In this document: one piece after another, positions 1 through 7,260 of the stretch
How positions within the stretch are numbered: position 1 is the first letter of the stretch
Layout: the number at the start of each line of letters is the position of its first letter
Assembly (NCBI GenBank): GCA_018260615.1
Contig: JAGWDQ010000117.1
Coordinates: 1-26,603 of the forward strand
Direction of reading: 5' to 3'
From: Candidatus Altarchaeum sp.
GTDB lineage: Archaea; Altiarchaeota; Altiarchaeia; Altiarchaeales; Altiarchaeaceae
Length of the DNA: 26,603 bases
The notes under the pieces: generated by a model
The model's input: only the letters and a program-made list of their open reading frames with translations
The model's database searches: none
What the model was told of the DNA's origin: nothing
Made by a program: the position numbers and the translations under genes

Positions 1-83
1 GGCAAAATTAAGTATAACAATAGCAGGGATTTAAGAAACTTCAAAGAAATTACTGTGTTTAGATAATATTATCAAAAATTCAC

Positions 84-463
84 CGTAGAGGCACGGAGAA
101 CGCAGAGGATTTTTAAATCTATAAGATCTAAAATCTCATAGCAACAGCGGGGTAATTTTTAAATCGCAGAGATTTAGAAATATCCGGGCAACAGCGAGGT
201 TATGATACAAAAGATGTGTCTTATGATAATATATAACTCAGCGATTTCAAAACTTGTTTTGAAATCTCCGAGCAATATCAAAAATGCTTCAAGCATTTTC
301 AAATCGTAGAGATTTGAAAATCTCCGAACGAAGTGAGGTGATTTTTGAATATCCCAAAAATCCTGTAGATTTTTGCGACAGTAAAAATGCTACGAGCATT
401 TTTAGTATCCTAAAAACTTTGAAGGTTTTTACGACAGCGAGGTGACCTTTGTGTCTCTGCGAT
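84..463. repeat. Mosaic hairpin (REP/BIME-like) intergenic repeat block 1
   Basis: Chain of short inverted repeats (AAAATGCT-tca-AGCATTTT, TTCAAATC-gtaga-GATTTGAA, AAAAATC-ctgta-GATTTTT, AAAAATGCT-acg-AGCATTTTT) plus core units AAAT(C/A)TCCG-N8-9-GAGGT at 177-203 and 317-344. Positions 262-299 are the exact reverse complement of 26252-26289, and 342-381 match 26216-26255 (reverse complement) at 39/40. Confidence 0.85.
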
Positions 464-538
464 GCTAAACAAATACAAACAATGATAAATTTGCTATATG
501 GCAACGGGCATAATTACCGCTCCCAAATAACATTTAAA

Positions 539-2344
539 TCAATAATAATACCATATACTTTCATAATCCTCATATTTCTCTCCCCTCCTGACCATATCGT
601 CAAGGAATTCAATTATCGGCTGGTCAACATAAATGTATGGTTCAACCATCACGATATTCTTTTCCCACGGATAGAACAGATAAACCCTTGCTCCGTTCTC
701 CTTTATCCCAATTATTTCATTGTCCTGATACGCCCGAAGATGGTTTTTCCCGAGCTTCGGTACATTGAAAACAAGTTCATCTGTCCTGAACGCACCCGGA
801 AGCAACCTCGCTTCCTCTTTCCGCTCCTGCATTATCCGGGCAACGGGCAAAAGAAAATTTTTGGTTTCATATTTACCCTGCGGATAAAAAGTGTAGTACG
901 GATCTATTCCTACCTTTTTCAGTTCCATTCTTAATTTAACCGTCTCAAACCTTCTCGCTGTTTCTTTTGTATAAACCTGCTGGTTATATACCGTAATTCC
1001 CTGCTTCATTATTTTCCTGATCGCTTCACCTGTTTCAGGCGTAACTTCATAAGGATGTTCAACATGCGTTGATATGGCAACATACTTCTTTCCTGGTTTA
1101 ATATAACTTCCAAGCATTTCGGCAAATTTTTCAGTTATTCTCTGAGGCAGGGTAACAGGTATTCTTGAGCCAAGTCGTATTCCGATAATATGCTCCATTT
1201 CAGAGAATCTTTTGATTATGTGCTCAATCGCATCGTCCTCCATCATAAAAGGATCCCCGCCGGTTATTAAAACCTCTCTCATGGATTTATGCTCTGAAAA
1301 CCAGTCAATCGCTTTTTCAAGTTCATCACTTGTGAGAAACACATCTCCTTCATCGGGATTCATTATCTGCCAGTTTCTCTGGCAGTACACACATATCTGC
1401 GGACAGGTCTGAATGGGCTTGATTATACTTATCATCACATACCTGCGGGTTATACCTTTTTGCGGAGTGGTGTCGCGTTCTTTCATAAAATCCTTTTTAT
1501 ATTCTCTGTCCTTTGTGTGCCTGAGCATGTTCTCAACATAATGAAGAGTTGGTATTACCTGCGCCCTTATCTGGTGGTCGTATTTTCTGTCTGCATTGTC
1601 AAAGTCCATCAAATGCAGATAATAAGGAGTTATACAGAATGGAATTTTATTTTTTATTGCGATTTCCATCGCATTTATTTCCCCGTCAGTTAAAGTTATG
1701 AGTTTTTTCAGATTTTCAACATCATCCATGCTTCTGAAAAGATGTCTGAGATGCCACCCGTAGTCGTTCCAGTCATCGTCTCCCGCACCGAAGAAATTTA
1801 AAATTTTCTCCTTGTTCTTTTTTCTTTTATTTATTACCTCGTTATCAAGACCCGAAGGGTATTTGTTGAGAAATTTTTCTATGTTGCCATACATTGCATC
1901 AAGGAAATTTGACCTGTCAGCGCCGGGATTTTCTTCGCTAAATTTGTACTCTTTCTCTTTCATAAAAAAAGACGGATAAATTTTGGGCTCTCCCCGCATC
2001 GCGAGAAACAGATGCTCAATTTCCGCATAAAAACCATCGCTTATTGATTCATCAAAATTCGCTGATTTCCTCATCAAATCAAGCGTGGAAAAGCCGAGCA
2101 TTTTTTCATGTCTCTTTGACATTAAATTTTTTAGGACATCAAAACCGTGAATACATACAGATCTTAAAATCAGAGGTATGTCACTTTCCTTCATCGCAAG
2201 TTCGGCATCAATAGCCCGCGAAAGAAGCTCTTTCCTGCATTTTTCTATATCATCGGCGAGTAAAATTTCATGAATATCCCGGTTTTCTTTCCATATATTG
2301 CTTTTGATTTTTTCCACATAGTCATTCATTTCTTTCGTTTCCAT
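539..2344 (-). CDS. KamA-family radical SAM protein (lysine 2,3-aminomutase-like) with long N-terminal extension
   Basis: 601-aa ORF with CxxxCxxC (CPQICVYCQR), ITPYYLHL, EVLITGGDPF, RLGSRIPVTLPQRIT and STHVEHPYEVT, all matching KamA-family motifs. The putative PLP lysine lies in PKLGKNHL. Substrate is not assignable. Confidence 0.88.
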   Translation of the reverse strand: METKEMNDYVEKIKSNIWKENRDIHEILLADDIEKCRKELLSRAIDAELAMKESDIPLILRSVCIHGFDVLKNLMSKRHEKMLGFSTLDLMRKSANFDESISDGFYAEIEHLFLAMRGEPKIYPSFFMKEKEYKFSEENPGADRSNFLDAMYGNIEKFLNKYPSGLDNEVINKRKKNKEKILNFFGAGDDDWNDYGWHLRHLFRSMDDVENLKKLITLTDGEINAMEIAIKNKIPFCITPYYLHLMDFDNADRKYDHQIRAQVIPTLHYVENMLRHTKDREYKKDFMKERDTTPQKGITRRYVMISIIKPIQTCPQICVYCQRNWQIMNPDEGDVFLTSDELEKAIDWFSEHKSMREVLITGGDPFMMEDDAIEHIIKRFSEMEHIIGIRLGSRIPVTLPQRITEKFAEMLGSYIKPGKKYVAISTHVEHPYEVTPETGEAIRKIMKQGITVYNQQVYTKETARRFETVKLRMELKKVGIDPYYTFYPQGKYETKNFLLPVARIMQERKEEARLLPGAFRTDELVFNVPKLGKNHLRAYQDNEIIGIKENGARVYLFYPWEKNIVMVEPYIYVDQPIIEFLDDMVRRGEKYEDYESIWYYY

Positions 2345-2532
2345 TTTATCATATTAAAGGTATTTGTTTAAATCCCGCATTTCCCACATAAACGAAAATT
2401 AAAAACAGATTCTCAAAAATTTTGTTCTTAAAATATGTTCACCCAAAAAATCTACGGAGTATATATTAATTACATTTTTAAAGTTAATAAATTATAAAAT
2501 TTACCTTTCAAGTGGGAAACGTATGTTAAATT

Positions 2533-3813
2533 TTAAATTTTTGTGATTAAATCTTGTTTGTTTTGTTCGTTTTGTATATTTTCTTTATTATCCGGTTTGA
2601 GGGATGTCTTAACGCCTATAATCATTATCAGGATAGTTACTATAATTATAACAAAAACCAGATCCGAGAATATCTTCGCATTTGCGATTCCATAAAAAAT
2701 TGGTAATTGCGCGAGAACTGCGGCGGCGAGCCCTCGTGGCGCCATTGTCAGTATAAAATTTTTTTCTTCTTTTGTGAGATCTGTTTTCATTGAACTGAGA
2801 TTAGTTGGGATAATTCTTGCAACAAGCAATAAAATCCCCAAAACAATTCCGATGATGAGTATTTCTACATTGCTTATTGTAACCATCATGCCAAGAAAAA
2901 CGAAAAAGAAAGTCCTTACAAAAAAAGAGACCTCTCCGTGAAAGGCAATTGTTTCGGTGCTAATTTCCATTTTCTCTTTTGTCTTCATTATCCCTGCTAT
3001 CGCATGCCCGTTTCCAAGAACGAGACCAAAACATAACACGCTGATGGCTCCGCTTCCGCCAACCGATTCAACAATTCCGTAAAGCACCAGAATTATTGCA
3101 ATATCCAGCCGGTGAGCAGATGGTATTTTTGTTGTAACTCTTGAAACATAAAGCCACCCGATTCCACCGGCAATTCCGATAACCGCTCCGATTGAAAAAG
3201 CAGATAAAATGTCGTGTGTGAAACCTTCAATTGCAATGCCCTGCCCGCCGCCTGATGTAGCAATGATTAACTCAATTACCGCTATTGCCGAAACGATGCA
3301 TAATACATCTGTTATCGCGGACTCTAATGACAGAAAAGTTACAATTTTTTCCCTGATTTTCAGACCTCTGACAATGGGGATTATAATTGCAGAACTTGAA
3401 CCTCCGACGATGGTTCCGAGAAGAATCCCATGTAACCACCCCCATTCATGAACTCCCAATGATTCACCGAACAGACCAAATATTATCACAGTGGTTATTG
3501 CGATGAAAATTATTGAAAAAATTAAATTTAATACGGCGAGCAATGTTGCTCTTGAAAACTGACGAACCACTTTATAGAAATCCATATTAAGTCCGCCTTC
3601 AAAAAGTATTACCGCAAGTGCGACCGCACCGAAAACAGGCGCAACTGAAAGCAGCATGTCAGCACTAATATGCCCGGTATATCCGATTAATACGCCAAGA
3701 ATCATTAGCCAGACAATCTCGGGAATATGTGTTTTTTCAAAAATAAATTTTCCGATAAAGCCCAAAAGGATGGTTGCTCCGAAAAGGATTAATGCAACAG
3801 AGATTATGTCCAT
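2533..3813 (-). CDS. Cation:proton antiporter, CPA1/NhaP-like
   Basis: 426 aa with about 12-13 hydrophobic segments and motifs VILFEGGL, LSLESAITD, FFVFLGM and PRGLAAAVLA typical of the Na+/H+ exchanger family. Confidence 0.88.
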   Translation of the reverse strand: MDIISVALILFGATILLGFIGKFIFEKTHIPEIVWLMILGVLIGYTGHISADMLLSVAPVFGAVALAVILFEGGLNMDFYKVVRQFSRATLLAVLNLIFSIIFIAITTVIIFGLFGESLGVHEWGWLHGILLGTIVGGSSSAIIIPIVRGLKIREKIVTFLSLESAITDVLCIVSAIAVIELIIATSGGGQGIAIEGFTHDILSAFSIGAVIGIAGGIGWLYVSRVTTKIPSAHRLDIAIILVLYGIVESVGGSGAISVLCFGLVLGNGHAIAGIMKTKEKMEISTETIAFHGEVSFFVRTFFFVFLGMMVTISNVEILIIGIVLGILLLVARIIPTNLSSMKTDLTKEEKNFILTMAPRGLAAAVLAQLPIFYGIANAKIFSDLVFVIIIVTILIMIIGVKTSLKPDNKENIQNEQNKQDLITKI

Positions 3814-3818
3814 TTTTA

Positions 3819-3851
3819 ATATGATTAAAATATGATTAAAATATGATTAAA
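3819..3851. repeat. Tandem repeat 3 x 11 bp (ATATGATTAAA) just upstream of the antiporter start codon
   Basis: Exact copies at 3819, 3830 and 3841. Confidence 0.9.
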
Positions 3852-3898
3852 ATTAGGAAAGAATAATAAAGTAAATTTATCATTTAAAAAATGAAAAT

Positions 3899-4080
3899 TT
3901 TTGAAATATCCGAATGATTGTAAAAATCTTGTAGATTTTTAAAGATTGAAAATTTTATAAATTTTCAGGGTAGTGATAAACATGTAAGGTTGGATGTTAA
4001 CATTTACATTTAAATTACAAGCATTTTTGAAAACCTGTAATTTTCAAAAATCTCCGAGTGTAAACGAGGTGATTTATCCT
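3899..4080. repeat. Mosaic hairpin repeat block 2
   Basis: Left anchor GAAATATCCGAA (3903), hairpin AAAAATCTTGTAGATTTTT (3922-3940, exact reverse complement of 26223-26241), linker AAAGATTG, hairpin AAAATTTTATAAATTTT, and core unit AAAATCTCCG-agtgtaaac-GAGGTGATTT (4047-4075). Confidence 0.8.
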
Positions 4081-4160
4081 GGAATTTATTTTTAAGAACC
4101 TTACTTCTTAATCACTACCTATTATTCTTATTTTAATTTTAAAAAATAATTAATAATAAG

Positions 4161-4391
4161 ATGGAATGTATAATTGAAAAAATAAAATCAGATTATGGAG
4201 TAGTAATACCTATGTCCCTGATAGATGCTCTCGGCATAAGAATTGGTGAGGAGGTTAAAATGAAAGTTGTGAATAAAGAATTAATTGTAACTCGCAACAT
4301 AGATCCCATAAAGAACATACGGGGGTTAATCAAACTTGATAAAGAAACAACTAATCAGGTAATACACTCTCCGGAGTTTGAGCCAGTATAA
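4161..4391 (+). CDS. AbrB/MazE/SpoVT-family antitoxin (VapB-like)
   Basis: 76 aa with GVVIPMSLIDALGIRIGEEV, matching the swapped-hairpin AbrB pattern. It lies 2 bp upstream of a PIN-domain gene. Confidence 0.8.
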   Translation: MECIIEKIKSDYGVVIPMSLIDALGIRIGEEVKMKVVNKELIVTRNIDPIKNIRGLIKLDKETTNQVIHSPEFEPV

Positions 4392-4393
4392 GA

Positions 4394-4888
4394 ATGGATT
4401 TGAAAAATTTAAGAAAGGGGCGGGTTTTTGTAGATGCAAACATATTTTTAGCTGAGATTTTAGAAGAGGATGCCGCTGATGAATGCATGAATTTCCTGCA
4501 AAGAATATCATCTGGTGAGCTAAAAGGCAGCACATCGTCAATTGTCTTAAATGAGGTTTTTCACAGAACATTAATTGCCGATGCAATAGCAACTTATAAT
4601 CTCAAGGGATGGTTGGCAGTTAATTATTTAAAGAGAAATCCGGACAAAATAAAGGAATTAACAAATGCTCATACTGCAATCGAAAATATTTGTATTATCC
4701 CAAATCTGGATATTATTGACCCTAATATGAGCAGTTTCTATGATGCACTTAAAATTTCAATAAAATACGGATTATTGAGTAGTGATGCATGGCATGTTTC
4801 CCTGATGTTGGCCAACAACATAGAAAACATAGCTACATTAGATCCCGACTTCCAAAGAGTTGATAAAATCAAAGTATGGAGAGTATAA
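4394..4888 (+). CDS. vapC: PIN-domain ribonuclease toxin (VapC family)
   Basis: 164 aa with acidic PIN motifs VFVDANIFL, SSIVLNEV, DAWHV and IATLDPDF. Confidence 0.9.
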   Translation: MDLKNLRKGRVFVDANIFLAEILEEDAADECMNFLQRISSGELKGSTSSIVLNEVFHRTLIADAIATYNLKGWLAVNYLKRNPDKIKELTNAHTAIENICIIPNLDIIDPNMSSFYDALKISIKYGLLSSDAWHVSLMLANNIENIATLDPDFQRVDKIKVWRV

Positions 4889-4912
4889 ATAGTTACAAAT
4901 CAAAAATATAAA

Positions 4913-5113
4913 ATGGATGAAAAATTTACAATGCTGGTTTTGGCAGGAGTGTTGCTCATTGGCTTGGTTTTGATGAGCGGATGTATCGGAAACGAAGGCG
5001 GACAGGATGGGAATAAAACAAATGAATCCGTAAATAAGACAAACGAAAGCGGTTGTGATAATGATGCAGGGGTGTGCAAAGTTCCCTTAAATCCAGAGGA
5101 AAATGAAACATAA
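4913..5113 (+). CDS. Small putative lipoprotein
   Basis: 66 aa with a hydrophobic signal (MLVLAGVLLIGLVL) ending in lipobox MSG|C. The mature part has a duplicated NKTNES and a C-x5-C motif. Confidence 0.7.
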   Translation: MDEKFTMLVLAGVLLIGLVLMSGCIGNEGGQDGNKTNESVNKTNESGCDNDAGVCKVPLNPEENET

Positions 5114-5218
5114 ACATAACAGTTTCGTTATATTTCTGTTGTTAAAGTTAGTTATTCTTTTTTCTTTATTTTTTCTTTGGAATTGTAATAAAATTTTAAT
5201 AAAATTTTAAAGAAATAA

Positions 5219-5282
5219 AACAACAATGTTTCATAACAACAATGTTATATAACAACAATGTTATATAACAACAATGTTTCAT
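5219..5282. repeat. Tandem repeat 4 x 16 bp (AACAACAATGTT[TC/AT]AT)
   Basis: Copies at 5219, 5235, 5251 and 5267. Outer copies end TTTCAT and inner copies end TTATAT. Confidence 0.9.
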
Positions 5283-5289
5283 TATCTCA

Positions 5290-5500
5290 TTTTCAAAATC
5301 AACAGATTTTGAAAATATCCGAACATCAGTGAGGTTATCAGCGAGGTGATTTTCAAATTGCAGAGATTTGAAATACTGAAACCTTCGGTTTCAATCTTTA
5401 AAAATGCAATGCATTTTGAAATACTGAAAATCTGCAAGATTTTCAATCTTTAAAAATCTGCTGATTTTTAAATACTGAAAACTATGAGTTTTCAATCTTA
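5290..5500. repeat. Mosaic hairpin repeat block 3
   Basis: Core unit AAAATATCCG-aacatcagt-GAGGTTATC (5312-5339), a second right anchor GCGAGGTGATTT, then three periods of AAATACTG-[hairpin]-CAATCTT(T/A) starting at 5371, 5419 and 5470, the first two followed by a further hairpin. Confidence 0.85.
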
Positions 5501-5604
5501 CAAAATAGTAACTACTCACAGGTTAACAAAATTTACCTGTAAATGATATTTTTTTTGAAACAAAACACAAAACCACTAAAAAATGAAAATCCATAACGCT
5601 AAAA

Positions 5605-6765
5605 ATGAAAACCAAACAAAATGAAATCAGGGAAAGAGAAATTTTAACCGAACTGCGAAATTTCCACCAAAAAGACATAACCTTTTCAGGCGGAAAAATA
5701 CTTTCGTCTATGTGCACAAAGCCGCTTAAAATTGCAGAAGAAGCACGAAAAATTTTTAAAGAAACAAATTTGGGAGATAAGCGGATAAGCGAAGGTGCAA
5801 TAGAAATAGAAAAAGAGTGCATCAGATGGGTTGGAGACCTTTTAAATTTAAATCCTGCTTATGGATTCATAACATCCGGGGGGACTGAATCAAACATACT
5901 GGCAATTATGGAAGCACGGGCAAGGAAAAGAAATAACATGAAAGAAAGCGGAGAAAAAGAAGAAATTACAGAAGAAATTATCGTTCCAGAGACAGGTCAT
6001 TTTTCATTTGATAAAATTTCGTTTTTAATGGGCATTAAAGTCAGAAAGGCAGGTATTAATGATGACTTTACTGTTAATTTAAATTCGGTAAAAAATTTAA
6101 TAAATAAGAATACCATTGCTGTTGTTGGAATTGCAGGAAATACAGAATACGGAGCGATTGATGATATAGAAGGACTTGCGGAAATTTGTAAAGGTAAAAA
6201 TTTATATTTGCATGTTGATGCTGCCTTTGGAGGATTCATAATTCCTTTTTTAAAAAGACAAAACTATGATGTCAGGAATTTTGACTTCGGCATTGAAGGA
6301 GTTGATTCAATTACAATTGACCCGCACAAAATGGGCATGAACATAATTCCGTCAGGTATGCTCTTATTCAGAAAAGAACCGAAATTTTCAGTCAATGTTT
6401 CGTATTTGCAGGGAAAGCACGAAAGATTGCTCGGCACATTTCCCGCAGGTTCGGCGGCGGGTTGTTATGCGTGTTTAAAATTTTTAGGCGAATATGGCTA
6501 CACCGAAATAGTTAGGGAATGTATGGAAAATACAAAATATTTAGCAGATGGCTTAAGAAGGAACAATATAGAAATTTTAAATCCGGTGCTCAATATATTA
6601 AATTTTAATATCAGAAAAGAAATTTATAATAAGTTAGTTGAAACCGGATGGATAATATCAAAGACATCGGCAGGATACACGAGAATTGTCATTATGCCGC
6701 ACACAAAAAAGGCACATATTAAAAAATTTTTAAAGGATATCAAACAATTAACGAAAAATGAATAA
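5605..6765 (+). CDS. mfnA: PLP-dependent L-tyrosine/L-aspartate decarboxylase (MfnA family)
   Basis: 386 aa with ILSSMCTKP, ETNLGD, ITSGGTESN, HVDAAFGGF and TIDPHKMG (PLP lysine), matching the group II decarboxylase MfnA pattern. Confidence 0.9.
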   Translation: MKTKQNEIREREILTELRNFHQKDITFSGGKILSSMCTKPLKIAEEARKIFKETNLGDKRISEGAIEIEKECIRWVGDLLNLNPAYGFITSGGTESNILAIMEARARKRNNMKESGEKEEITEEIIVPETGHFSFDKISFLMGIKVRKAGINDDFTVNLNSVKNLINKNTIAVVGIAGNTEYGAIDDIEGLAEICKGKNLYLHVDAAFGGFIIPFLKRQNYDVRNFDFGIEGVDSITIDPHKMGMNIIPSGMLLFRKEPKFSVNVSYLQGKHERLLGTFPAGSAAGCYACLKFLGEYGYTEIVRECMENTKYLADGLRRNNIEILNPVLNILNFNIRKEIYNKLVETGWIISKTSAGYTRIVIMPHTKKAHIKKFLKDIKQLTKNE

Positions 6766-7033
6766 GGAGTCATGGACTTACCTGATTGACCTTTACAATA
6801 TCCAGATAAAAAACAGGGAATATTCGGAAGGTCTCACGGTAAATTTATTTAAGCGGATAACCAAAAAAGAAGGCATTTCAAATAGTGAAATCCAGCAGAA
6901 ATTTTACAGGTATGCCGGGCAGGGATATATAGTAAGAACGGAAAGGGCACATTTTATTATTACAGATAAGGGCAAAAGAGCGGTTGAAGAAATTTTAAAG
7001 GCACAGACAAAATTGATGGATTATAAAAAATAA
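6758..7033 (+). CDS. Small winged-helix-like DNA-binding protein
   Basis: 91 aa, overlapping the mfnA end by 8 bp (likely translational coupling). GYIVR...FIITDKGKRAVEE resembles a winged-helix wing and C-terminal helix. Confidence 0.55.
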   Translation: MNKESWTYLIDLYNIQIKNREYSEGLTVNLFKRITKKEGISNSEIQQKFYRYAGQGYIVRTERAHFIITDKGKRAVEEILKAQTKLMDYKK

Positions 7034-7076
7034 AAAAATTTAATACAAAATTTAATTAATTATAAGAGCAAAAAAT

Positions 7077-7211
7077 ATGTTCCCTTTTATATCAGACATA
7101 ACCGGAGAGAAAAATTTAAAATACCCATCATATTGCGATTTAGACGACAACAGAGACATAAATTTATTTGATGCCTTTACTTTAATTGCTCATATAGTTA
7201 CAGGAGAATAA
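7077..7211 (+). pseudogene. 44-aa dockerin-like remnant ORF (not in the ORF track)
   Basis: Manual translation gives MFPFISDITGEKNLKYPSYCDLDDNRDINLFDAFTLIAHIVTGE*. CDLDDNRDINLFD fits the dockerin Ca-binding loop DxD/NxDxxINxxD and is followed by an amphipathic helix. There is no signal peptide, and an in-frame stop lies at 7053-7055. Confidence 0.55.
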
Positions 7212-7241
7212 TTTAACAGAAAGAAATAAAGACAAAAAGAT

Positions 7242-7260
7242 AAAATGAATACAACTAAAA
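7242..7260 (+). repeat. Direct repeat copy 1 (AAAATGAATACAACTAAAA) over the ATPase start codon
   Basis: Exact 19-bp match to 8366-8384, extending to 24/25. Confidence 0.9.

Noticed and set aside
289-504. 71-aa minus-strand ORF, and the 64-aa ORF at 26240-26434
   Set aside because: Both lie within hairpin mosaic blocks and read as translated repeat sequence.
2381-2519. 8-bp inverted repeat TTTCCCAC / GTGGGAAA about 130 bp apart (MITE-like)
   Set aside because: It does not extend, has no flanking duplication and has no second copy in the window, so it is plausible by chance.
5114-5250. Integron attC-like ends (ACATAAC ... GTTATAT) after the lipoprotein gene
   Set aside because: The intervening sequence lacks the extended imperfect palindrome and L boxes of attC, and there is no integrase in the window.
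5371-5500. CRISPR interpretation of the constant-linker / variable-insert chains
   Set aside because: Constant parts are only about 8 bp and alternate between two types, inserts are self-complementary hairpins of 13-19 bp rather than unique spacers, and no cas genes are present.
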